Source: Armatimonadota bacterium
GTDB lineage: Bacteria; Armatimonadota; UBA5829; DTLH01
Assembly: GCA_038207085.1 (NCBI GenBank)
Contig: JBBRAE010000010.1
Coordinates: forward strand, 1 to 64,000
Length of the DNA: 64,000 bases
Direction of reading: 5' to 3'
The notes beneath the pieces were generated by a model. The model saw only the letters and a list, made by a program, of their open reading frames with translations. It did not search any database and had not been told where the DNA came from. How positions within the stretch are numbered: position 1 is the first letter of the stretch; every line of letters starts with the position of its first letter. This document shows, piece by piece, positions 56,388 through 64,000 of this stretch. A program made the translations under genes and the position numbers.

Positions 56388-57278
56388 TTACTTAGCCTCC
56401 TTCGCCAGCTGCGATTTTGACGTCGACTCCTCGGGCTGGTAGTAGACCTTGCGGAGCTTCAACTCTTCCCAGTCTACGAGGTGCGCGTCAAAGTCCGGGC
56501 CGTCTACACATGTGAACTTGGTCTGTCCGCCGACCGTCACACGGCAGCCGCCGCACATCCCCGTACCGTCGATCATGACCGGGTCAAGCGAGACGACAGT
56601 CTTTGTGCCGAAGGGCTTGGTGACCTCGGAGCAGACGCGCATCATCGGCATCGGGCCGATCGCGTAGACGATATCGACCTTGCGGCTCTCCAGAAGTTCC
56701 TTCAAGACGTCGGAGACGAACCCCTTGCGCCCGTGGGTGCCGTCGTCCGTCGTGACAAATAGCTCGTCGGAGATATCTTTCATCTCGTCTTCAAGTATCA
56801 GGAGGTCCTTTGTGCGCGTGCCGAGGATGGTGATGACTTCGTTCCCCGCGTCCTTCAGCGCTTTTGTGATCGGGCGCAAAAACGCGATCCCTACCCCGCC
56901 GCCAACTGCGACAGCCGTTCCGAAGTTCTCGATCTCAGTCGGCAGCCCAAGCGGGCCGCAGACGTCCGGGACGCACTCGCCCTCATTGATCCGCGCAAGC
57001 TCCATCGTGCTTCGTCCGACGACCTGGACGATAATCGTGATCGTGCCACGCTCCTTGTCCGAGTCCGAAATAGTAAGCGGGATGCGCTCGCCACAGTCGC
57101 TTGGCCGCACCACAACAAACTGCCCGGCCTTTGCGCCGCGCGCGATCAAGGGGTTGTCGAGCTCAAAGAGAACGATGCTCTCGTTTAGCTGCACCTTACG
57201 GATCACACGGTTCGTCGCGCCGGCCTCGAGTATCTCCCGCAGGCTGCGCTCTTGTTTATCAAGCCTACAATCGTGCAC
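56388..57278 (-). CDS. nfnA: NfnAB transhydrogenase small subunit (SudB/PyrK-like)
   Basis: GQFV, ERIPLT, GGGVG and DGTGMCGGCRV...CVDGP. GTG 57278 follows GGAGGT. Confidence 0.9.
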   Translation of the reverse strand: MHDCRLDKQERSLREILEAGATNRVIRKVQLNESIVLFELDNPLIARGAKAGQFVVVRPSDCGERIPLTISDSDKERGTITIIVQVVGRSTMELARINEGECVPDVCGPLGLPTEIENFGTAVAVGGGVGIAFLRPITKALKDAGNEVITILGTRTKDLLILEDEMKDISDELFVTTDDGTHGRKGFVSDVLKELLESRKVDIVYAIGPMPMMRVCSEVTKPFGTKTVVSLDPVMIDGTGMCGGCRVTVGGQTKFTCVDGPDFDAHLVDWEELKLRKVYYQPEESTSKSQLAKEAK

Positions 57279-57385
57279 AATTACCTCCCAAATTGGGGTT
57301 AGGGGCCGGGGGTTGGGGGGTTGGTAGACGTTGGGCCGGATTTGCAATCCGGGCCCTTCCAGCCTCTAACCTCTATCCCCTGCCG

Positions 57386-57793
57386 TTAGATTTTCATCAT
57401 TTTGCCGGTGGCGGAGGCTGCGACCTCGCCCGCCGGATCAGTCAGTTCGGCTGAGCAGGAGATTATCCTGCGCTCTTCAGAAAGAATACGTCCGGTGATG
57501 GTGAGTTCCACGCCTGTTTTCGCCGGTTTCTTGTATCTCACGGACATCTCTACGGTCATTGCCCGGTGGCCTTCGGCCCATACAAACCGCGCCATCGCCT
57601 CATCGAGGAGCGTTGCGACGATCCCACCGTGGGTTATCCCGAAGTAGCCCTGGTGCTCGCGCTTCGGAGTAAATTTTGCAAGATGCACGCCATCGACTGT
57701 TTCCCATTTCAGTTTCAAGCCGATCGGGTTATCGACCCCGCATGCAAAGCACCATTCGTCGGAAACAAGCTCAAGCTCGGGCAAAATAGTCAC
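57386..57793 (-). CDS. PaaI-family hotdog thioesterase
   Basis: CFACGVDNPIGL and HQGYFGITHGGIVATLLDEAM. The start is approximate. Confidence 0.92.
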   Translation of the reverse strand: MTILPELELVSDEWCFACGVDNPIGLKLKWETVDGVHLAKFTPKREHQGYFGITHGGIVATLLDEAMARFVWAEGHRAMTVEMSVRYKKPAKTGVELTITGRILSEERRIISCSAELTDPAGEVAASATGKMMKI

Positions 57794-57967
57794 AGACCTC
57801 CACAAAACCGGTTGCAAACATAGTTACGTTATCCTTGTTCTATTATATCAGGGAAACAACTGGCCCGACAATGCTGCTGAAACGTTTGCATCAGGCCATT
57901 TCCAGAAACGCGGCCGCCCGTAGTGTGGTATTATATCTGGCGAAACACATTATATGGAGAGTCACTG

Positions 57968-59296
57968 TTGAAACAGCTTATTATAATCGGCGGAGGTCTC
58001 GCAGGCTGCGAGGCCGCGTGGCATGCGGCGGAACTCGGGATCGACGTCACCCTCTACGAAATGCGACCCGAAAAGATGACCCCCGCGCACGAGTCCGGCA
58101 GGCTTGCGGAGCTTGTCTGCAGCAACTCGCTCAAGAGCGAAGGGACGACCGGGCACGGCCTGTTGAAAGAAGAGATGCGGCGGCTGGGCTCGCTCATAAT
58201 CGAGTGCGCGGAGGCGACTCGCGTTCCGGCGGGTCAGGCGCTTGCGGTCGACCGAACGCGCTTCGGCGACCTCGTCACCGAGCGCATCGAGCATCACCCC
58301 AGGATCACGCTCCGGCGGGAAGAGCTAACTGCGATCCCGACCGGTCGCCCAGTAATCGTCGCAAGCGGCCCGCTTACATCAGACGCGCTTGCCCTGGACA
58401 TCGCCCGGGTCACCGGAGCTGAGCACCTGCACTTCTTTGACGCGATCGCCCCCTCGGTCGAGACAAGCTCTATCGACCGCACCAAGTGCTTCGACGCCAG
58501 CCGCTACGACAAGGGCGAAGGCTACATCAACTGCCCATTTGACCTGAAAGAAGACTATTTCGCCTTCAGAGAAGCGCTCGCAAACGCCGAAAAGGCCCCC
58601 GTGGCCGAGTTCGAAAAGGGCTCCAAGTTCTTTGAAGGGTGCCTGCCCGTTGAAGAACTAGCCGTGCGCGGGCCAAAGACGCTCGCATTCGGCCCGATGA
58701 AGCCAGTAGGCCTGGTCGACCCCGCCACCGGCCGCCGTCCCTACGCAAACGTGCAGCTCCGACAGGAAAACGACGAGGCGACGGTCTACGGCCTCGTGGG
58801 CTTCCAGACGCGCCTGAAGTGGCCCGAGCAAAAGCGAGTATTTTCGATGATCCCCGGCCTTGAGAACGCCAAGTTCGTGCGCTACGGCCAGATGCACCGC
58901 AACACGTTCATCGACTCCCCGCGCCTGCTCGACGCGACGCTCCAGCTTCGCACAGACCCCGAACTCTTCTTCGCCGGACAGATAGTCGGCGTCGAGGGCT
59001 ATATGGAAAGCGCCGCGTCAGGCATAATCGCCGGAATCAACGCCGCGCGGCTGATCCGGGGCGAGACCCCAATCACGATGCCCCGCGAGACAATGACAGG
59101 GTCGCTCCTAAACTACATTGCCACCTGCGAGCTCAAGCGCTTCCAGCCAATGAACTCCAACTACGGCATCCTCCCGCCGCTTGATGAGAAAATCAGGGAT
59201 GACAAGGCGCGCAAAGAGAAGATGTATCAGAGGGCGATAGAGGCAGTGGAGCGCACGTTTCGAGAGCCTCAGCAGGGCTCAGGGTGGCGGTTTTAG
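57968..59296 (+). CDS. trmFO: Folate/FAD-dependent tRNA m5U54 methyltransferase TrmFO
   Basis: IIGGGLAGCEAA, AELVCSNSL, FDAIAP, FEGCLP, GFQT, MHRNTF, GVEGY and FQPMN. TTG start at 57968. Confidence 0.97.
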   Translation: MKQLIIIGGGLAGCEAAWHAAELGIDVTLYEMRPEKMTPAHESGRLAELVCSNSLKSEGTTGHGLLKEEMRRLGSLIIECAEATRVPAGQALAVDRTRFGDLVTERIEHHPRITLRREELTAIPTGRPVIVASGPLTSDALALDIARVTGAEHLHFFDAIAPSVETSSIDRTKCFDASRYDKGEGYINCPFDLKEDYFAFREALANAEKAPVAEFEKGSKFFEGCLPVEELAVRGPKTLAFGPMKPVGLVDPATGRRPYANVQLRQENDEATVYGLVGFQTRLKWPEQKRVFSMIPGLENAKFVRYGQMHRNTFIDSPRLLDATLQLRTDPELFFAGQIVGVEGYMESAASGIIAGINAARLIRGETPITMPRETMTGSLLNYIATCELKRFQPMNSNYGILPPLDEKIRDDKARKEKMYQRAIEAVERTFREPQQGSGWRF

Positions 59297-59376
59297 CATG
59301 TCAGGGGGATGCACAATCTTCTCACACATCCACCCAAGCCCAACCCCTCACCCTGAGGCTCTCGAAGGGTGCGCTC
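59246..59376. repeat. REP-doublet (REPIN-like) element, copy B, overlapping the trmFO 3' end
   Basis: GTGGAGCGCACGTTTCGAGAGCCTCAG ... ACATCCACCCAAGCC ... CACCCTGAGGCTCTCGAAGGGTG is the reverse complement of copy A. Confidence 0.85.
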
Positions 59377-59454
59377 CTCCAACTTCAGGGCGTACTACAG
59401 CAAATGGGAGCTATGAGCAGGAACACCTACTCATAGCTCATCAACTTCCGACTC

Positions 59455-60999
59455 TTAGGCTTCCTCAGCCGGAGCATCCCCAAATGCCCGCTCGATGATC
59501 TCTTTTGAGGGCGGGGTAGTGAAGAGGCTCACTACAGGAACGACGATCACCGGCACTATCATCGCAACAGCGCCAGCGATTGGAATTGCCGGGTTGCCGG
59601 GGGCTTTGAATATCTCGCAGATCGCGATCATCGTTGCAAGCCCAGAGAACATTCCCGCAATCGCTCCGGCTTTGGTCGTTCTCTTCCAGAATAGGCCGAA
59701 GCAGTAAGGCGCAAGGAACGCGCCTGCAAGAGCGCCCCAGGAGAGCGCCATCAGGTTTACGATAAAGTCGATTTGCCTGAGCGCGATGAAGAGTGAAATC
59801 CCCACAAACACCGCGCAGAGCACCCGCATCAGGGTCATCACCGAGCTCTTGCTAGCGTTCTTCTTGAACCCACCGTAGAGGTCTACCGCGATAGATGAAC
59901 TCGACACCAGAACAAGGGACGACAGGCTCGACATCGAAGCCGAGAACACGAGCAGCATAATCACCATCGCAACCCAGGAAGGGATGAGACTCGGGTCGGT
60001 CAGAAAGTCAGGCATTAACCAGTCGAGCGCCTGGTGCGGGGTCTTCACACCTTGAGCAGCATATTTGTGCATAAGCATCACAGGAGCGTTTGCGGGATAG
60101 AACAGGTGAGTGATCGCCCCGGTGAAGTAGGCTCCAAAAGAAATAAACACGGCAAAAACCGATGCGACGACCATCGCCCGCTTGATATCAGCCTCACTCT
60201 TGATCGAGTAGAACTTCTGCACCATCTGAGGAAGCCCCCACGGGCCAAAGCTCGTCAGGACCACAAGCGAGGCAAGCGTGAGCCACCCCGGAAACATCGG
60301 AGCCGGAGCGCCGGGTTTGGGATGAAGCGCAGGAGACGCAGAGGGCAAAGCAAGCGCCTGAGTGACCGAGTGGAACCCGCCCGCGATTTTCACGAGGAAA
60401 ACCACCATTACGATAACGCCGATAAGCTCGATGATACCACGCACAAAGTCGGTCACAGCGAGCGCTCGGTAGCCTCCGGCGACGAGATACACGCCGGTAA
60501 ACAGCGCCATACACGCAACAGCCAAGCCATAGGACTCGATACCCAGCGTCGACTTAAACAGCAGCGCAAGCCCCTGATAGACCGATGCGCTGTAGGGCAC
60601 TAGAAAGACAAAGATAATCAGCGCGGAGGCGATCTTGAGGAATTTGCAGTCAAAGCGTGCGGACAAAAACTCCGGCATCGTAAGCGCGTTTAGTTTCGCA
60701 GTCATAACGCGCGTGCGTCCGGCAAAAATGTACCACGCGAGGAAGCTTCCGAAGATCACGTTTCCGGCAGCGATCAGAAGCGACCACGGGCCAAACCCCC
60801 ACCCCAGTCGTCCCGCGTAGCCGACGAAGATGACCGCCGAGAAATAGGTCGTCCCGTATGCAAACGCCGACATCCACGGGCCAAGGCTCCTGCCCGCAAG
60901 GAAGAAATCGCTTATGGTCTTGTTGCGCCGCATACAGGCGAAACCGATCCCAAGCATCACTAACACATAGGTGATGACTATGGCAAACTTGATATGCAT
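59455..60999 (-). CDS. Sodium:solute symporter (SSS) family transporter
   Basis: DFFLAGRSLGPW, TTYFSAVIFVG, PEFLSARF, GLPQMVQKFY and SASMSS; about 13 TM segments. Confidence 0.95.
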   Translation of the reverse strand: MHIKFAIVITYVLVMLGIGFACMRRNKTISDFFLAGRSLGPWMSAFAYGTTYFSAVIFVGYAGRLGWGFGPWSLLIAAGNVIFGSFLAWYIFAGRTRVMTAKLNALTMPEFLSARFDCKFLKIASALIIFVFLVPYSASVYQGLALLFKSTLGIESYGLAVACMALFTGVYLVAGGYRALAVTDFVRGIIELIGVIVMVVFLVKIAGGFHSVTQALALPSASPALHPKPGAPAPMFPGWLTLASLVVLTSFGPWGLPQMVQKFYSIKSEADIKRAMVVASVFAVFISFGAYFTGAITHLFYPANAPVMLMHKYAAQGVKTPHQALDWLMPDFLTDPSLIPSWVAMVIMLLVFSASMSSLSSLVLVSSSSIAVDLYGGFKKNASKSSVMTLMRVLCAVFVGISLFIALRQIDFIVNLMALSWGALAGAFLAPYCFGLFWKRTTKAGAIAGMFSGLATMIAICEIFKAPGNPAIPIAGAVAMIVPVIVVPVVSLFTTPPSKEIIERAFGDAPAEEA

Positions 61000-61128
61000 G
61001 ATTGTGCTCTGCCCCTTTTTATGGTTCCCCCCCGGGCAGACGAGCACAGTCGCCCCGTCGCCGTCGGCGGGTGTACGGCATTATTATGCACCCAACAGGC
61101 CCATCAGTCAAGCAGTAACACCCAGCTT

Positions 61129-61211
61129 TCTAACCCGCATTATTCACGAGTAGCGTGAATAATGCTCTGTTAGCGAAAGCTTTATTCGCTTCACGAATAA
61201 AGCGGGCTAAG
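61129..61211. repeat. 83-bp double-hairpin repeat, copy 2
   Basis: Matches 1112-1194 except that the first loop reads AGTAG instead of CTACT. Confidence 0.93.
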
Positions 61212-61214
61212 CTA

Positions 61215-61243
61215 TTGACATAGCAACCTCACGCAGGTATAGT
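61215..61243 (+). promoter_or_regulatory. sigma70 promoter between repeat copies 2 and 3
   Basis: TTGACA-tagcaacctcacgcagg (17 nt)-TATAGT. Confidence 0.8.
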
Positions 61244-61269
61244 AACCCCATAATCAACATGCTCTCACC

Positions 61270-61347
61270 CTAACCCGCATTATTCACGAGTAGTGTGAAT
61301 AATGCTCTGTTAGCGAAAGCTTTATTCGCTTCACGAATAAAGCGGGC
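61270..61347. repeat. 83-bp double-hairpin repeat, copy 3
   Basis: Direct repeat of copy 2 at an offset of 140 bp, with one stem substitution (C>T) and an altered 3' end. Confidence 0.93.
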
Positions 61348-61367
61348 AAAAGGATGACTCGACAGCC

Positions 61368-64000
61368 ATGCAAGTAGATAAGCTCACGTGCGAGTATTTG
61401 GCAGACCCAACCGGCGTCGAAAACCTTGCTCCCAAACTCAGCTGGACGCTTCTTTCAGAAAAACGCGGAGATATGCAGACCGCCTGGCAGGTCCAGGCAG
61501 CGAGCAGCCCGAATTCACTCGATTCAGGCGAGCCCGACCTCTGGGACAGCGGCCAAATCGATAGCGAAAAGTCGCTCGACAGAGCGTATCAGGGCATAGA
61601 GCTTGGCTCCGGGAAAAGAGTCTTCTGGCGGGTGCGAGTCTGGGACAAAGACGGCGAGAAAAGCGCATGGAGCAAACCCGCACATTTTACAATGGGCCTC
61701 CTAGACCCTTCGGACTGGAGCGGTGAGTGGGTCGGAGCCGAGATTGGCGAGTCCTCGGAAGACGCAGCCCCGGCCGTCACGCTTCGCCGTGAGTTCGACG
61801 CGCCAAAACAGGTAAAGCGCGCACAGGCCTTTATCTGTGGGCTCGGGTACTATGAGCTCTATATCAACGGCCAAAAAGTCGGCGACCACGTGCTAGACCC
61901 GGGCTTCACAAACTACGACAAGCGAGCGCTCTACGTCGCTTACGACGTTACCGAGCACATCAACGACGGTCAAAACGTCATCGGCGTGACCCTCGGGCGG
62001 GGATGGTTTGATATGGCGGTCCCGGACGTCTGGGGTTACGAGGCCGCCCCCTGGCGTTCCCAGCCGAAGATGATTCTGCAGCTCAACCTCGAATATACCG
62101 ACGACACGCGCCAGTCCATTGCAAGTGATAAGCTCTGGCGCACCTCAACCGAAGGGCCGATACGCTACAACACCCTCCGAGGCGGCGAAACCTACGACGC
62201 GCGTATGGAAACCCCGGACTGGAACGTCCCCGGATTTAACGACTCGGGCTGGAGCCGGGCAATCACTCTCCCCGCACCAAAGGGTAGGCTCGTCTCTCAG
62301 AAGTGCCCGCCGATCAAGGTCACCGAGACGATCACCCCAACAAGCGTCACCGAACCCAAACCCGGAGTCTATGTGGTTGACCTGGGGCGAAACATTGCCG
62401 GCTGGACGCAAATCAGGATCAGGGGCAAGGCCGGAGAGCGCATAAAGCTCGTCTACGGCGAGCGACTATCCCCCGACGGCACAGTCAATCAAGACGATAT
62501 CAAATCTCTAACCCGCGGGCGCTTCGCAACCGACGAATACGTTCTACGAGGCGACGGCGAAGAGACTTGGGAGCCAAGGTTCGCCTACTACGGGTTCCAG
62601 TATATCGAGGTTACAGGGCTTTCCTACAAACCCGGCACTGAGGACATCCTCGGGCGGGTAGTGCACTCAAGCGTCGCCGACACGGGCGAGTTCTCCTGTT
62701 CAAACGAGCTCGTGAACCGGCTGCAGCAGGTGTCGAAGTGGACGCAGCTAAATAACCTCCACAGCATCCCCCAGGACTGTCCGCACAGGGAGAAAAACGG
62801 CTGGATGGCCGACGGTCTCGTCTCAAGCCATGAGGCGATGATGAACTTCGATATGGCCGCCTTCTACTCCAAGTGGGTCGACGATATGGCCGACACGCTG
62901 CTTCCTACCGGTGCGATGGGATCTATCGTCCCAAGCCCCGGCTGGGGAATCGACGGGATGCCCGGCGAGGACTACACCTGTCCCTGCTGGGGAAGCGCCT
63001 GCGTCATTCTGCCCTGGTATCACTACGTCCAGTACGGCGACAGGGAGATACTCGAGCGCAACTTCCACATGATGAAGGCCTACACCGACTACCTCGGCAC
63101 CCGTGCAGAGGGCCACATCGTGGAGTTTGGCCTCGGGGACTGGCTGGAGGAAGGAACATCAAGCACACCGAAGCGCACCCCCATCCCCTTGACCGGCACG
63201 GCGTTTTACTTCTACGACGCGACGGTGCTAAGCCGCACGGCAGAGATTCTCGGGCACGACGAGGACGCGGAGCGCTACGCAAGGCTTGCCGCTGACATCA
63301 AGCGAGCCTTCAACGCCCGGTTCTTTGACCCAAGCGATGGCAGCTACGGAGCCGACTCCCAAACCGCAAACGCACTGCCCATCGCCTTTGGAATGGTTCC
63401 CGAGGAGCTTGAAGACGTTGTGCTGATGGCGCTTATGAGATCGGTCCGAGAGGAGCGCGACGACCACGTAAGCTCGGGAATCGTCGGGACCAAGTTCCTC
63501 CTCGACACCCTCGCAGACCACGGGTTAGCCGAGCTCGCTTATGTGATGATAACCCGCGAAGGGTATCCAGGCTGGGTCCATATGCTCGAAGATGGTGCGA
63601 CTACGTTTTGGGAAGCCTGGGACAAGGGAGGCTCGCTCGATCACCCCGCGTTTGCCTGCGTGAGCGGCTGGTTCTACCAAGCGCTCGCCGGCATTCGCCC
63701 CGACGAAAACCATCCCGGCTTCAAGAAAACGATCATCAAGCCCCACATAGTCGGCGACCTCGACTCGGTCAAGGCAAGCTACGATTCCCGCTACGGCAGG
63801 ATCGCCTGCCAGTGGAAGCTCGACTTTGAAGAGCTGACGGTCGACATTGAAGTGCCCGCCAGCACCTCGGCGACCCTTTACCTGCCTGCCGGGCTCGGTG
63901 CGCAGATCACCGAGTGCGACCGGGCTGTGCTTGAGAGTCCCGGCGTCGTCCACGTGGGCCGCGACGGCGCTTACCAGGTGTTTTCAGTCGGCTCGGGCGA
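61368..64000 (+). CDS. Glycoside hydrolase family 78 (alpha-L-rhamnosidase); runs off the right window edge
   Basis: Not in the ORF track. From ATG 61368: MQVDKLTCEYLADPTGV...LWDSG...WRVRVWD, GLGYYELYING, DLGRNIAGW, IPQDCPHREKNGW and GATTFWEAW. Confidence 0.93.
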   Translation, partial: MQVDKLTCEYLADPTGVENLAPKLSWTLLSEKRGDMQTAWQVQAASSPNSLDSGEPDLWDSGQIDSEKSLDRAYQGIELGSGKRVFWRVRVWDKDGEKSAWSKPAHFTMGLLDPSDWSGEWVGAEIGESSEDAAPAVTLRREFDAPKQVKRAQAFICGLGYYELYINGQKVGDHVLDPGFTNYDKRALYVAYDVTEHINDGQNVIGVTLGRGWFDMAVPDVWGYEAAPWRSQPKMILQLNLEYTDDTRQSIASDKLWRTSTEGPIRYNTLRGGETYDARMETPDWNVPGFNDSGWSRAITLPAPKGRLVSQKCPPIKVTETITPTSVTEPKPGVYVVDLGRNIAGWTQIRIRGKAGERIKLVYGERLSPDGTVNQDDIKSLTRGRFATDEYVLRGDGEETWEPRFAYYGFQYIEVTGLSYKPGTEDILGRVVHSSVADTGEFSCSNELVNRLQQVSKWTQLNNLHSIPQDCPHREKNGWMADGLVSSHEAMMNFDMAAFYSKWVDDMADTLLPTGAMGSIVPSPGWGIDGMPGEDYTCPCWGSACVILPWYHYVQYGDREILERNFHMMKAYTDYLGTRAEGHIVEFGLGDWLEEGTSSTPKRTPIPLTGTAFYFYDATVLSRTAEILGHDEDAERYARLAADIKRAFNARFFDPSDGSYGADSQTANALPIAFGMVPEELEDVVLMALMRSVREERDDHVSSGIVGTKFLLDTLADHGLAELAYVMITREGYPGWVHMLEDGATTFWEAWDKGGSLDHPAFACVSGWFYQALAGIRPDENHPGFKKTIIKPHIVGDLDSVKASYDSRYGRIACQWKLDFEELTVDIEVPASTSATLYLPAGLGAQITECDRAVLESPGVVHVGRDGAYQVFSVGSG

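Noticed and set aside
61129..61347. CRISPR array interpretation of the tandem 83-bp repeats
   Set aside because: The repeats are too long, only two are adjacent, the spacer is a promoter, and there are no cas genes in the window.
61270..61347. ANTAR target dual hairpin
   Set aside because: The loops are 5 nt and the stems long, unlike the short-stem hexaloop motif; no overlapping terminator was seen.

Overview
GC-rich bacterial chromosomal window, probably from an anaerobic member of Armatimonadota. This is an inference from the PEP-CTERM proteins, an H-X9-DG prepilin-like protein, a repeated GLNNxGLLV C-terminal domain, NfnAB and AhbD. Region 1-7.2 kb holds the 5' part of kaiC, a Fic-like C-terminal remnant next to an 83-bp palindromic repeat, a truncated aldose epimerase colliding with phosphoketolase xfp, a DUF2961/GH172 hydrolase and a prepilin-like gene. 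Region 7.3-41.5 kb is a ~35-kb cell-surface protein island. It contains giant repeat proteins (PQQ-like propellers, Fn3, DUF11-like and LVIVD repeats), an S8 protease, two PEP-CTERM proteins and a UshA-like/tetraheme cytochrome fusion. It also carries two recurring domains I cannot assign to a known family: a ~200-aa C-terminal domain on three secreted proteins, and a ~270-aa NIRTWWPL domain in three proteins, one of which lies behind a perfect TTGACA-17-TATAAT promoter. Region 42-64 kb is mostly housekeeping: rpsF-ssb-rpsR, ahbD, an ANTAR two-component pair, M32 carboxypeptidase, nfnAB, trmFO, an SSS symporter and the 5' part of a GH78 rhamnosidase. It also includes a presenilin-like membrane protein, a REP-doublet element in two inverted copies, two more copies of the 83-bp repeat, and an AT-richer HicA-HicB-SecB toxin-antitoxin-chaperone islet whose toxin has an in-frame TAG. 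All calls come from motif recognition by eye; no database searches were run.
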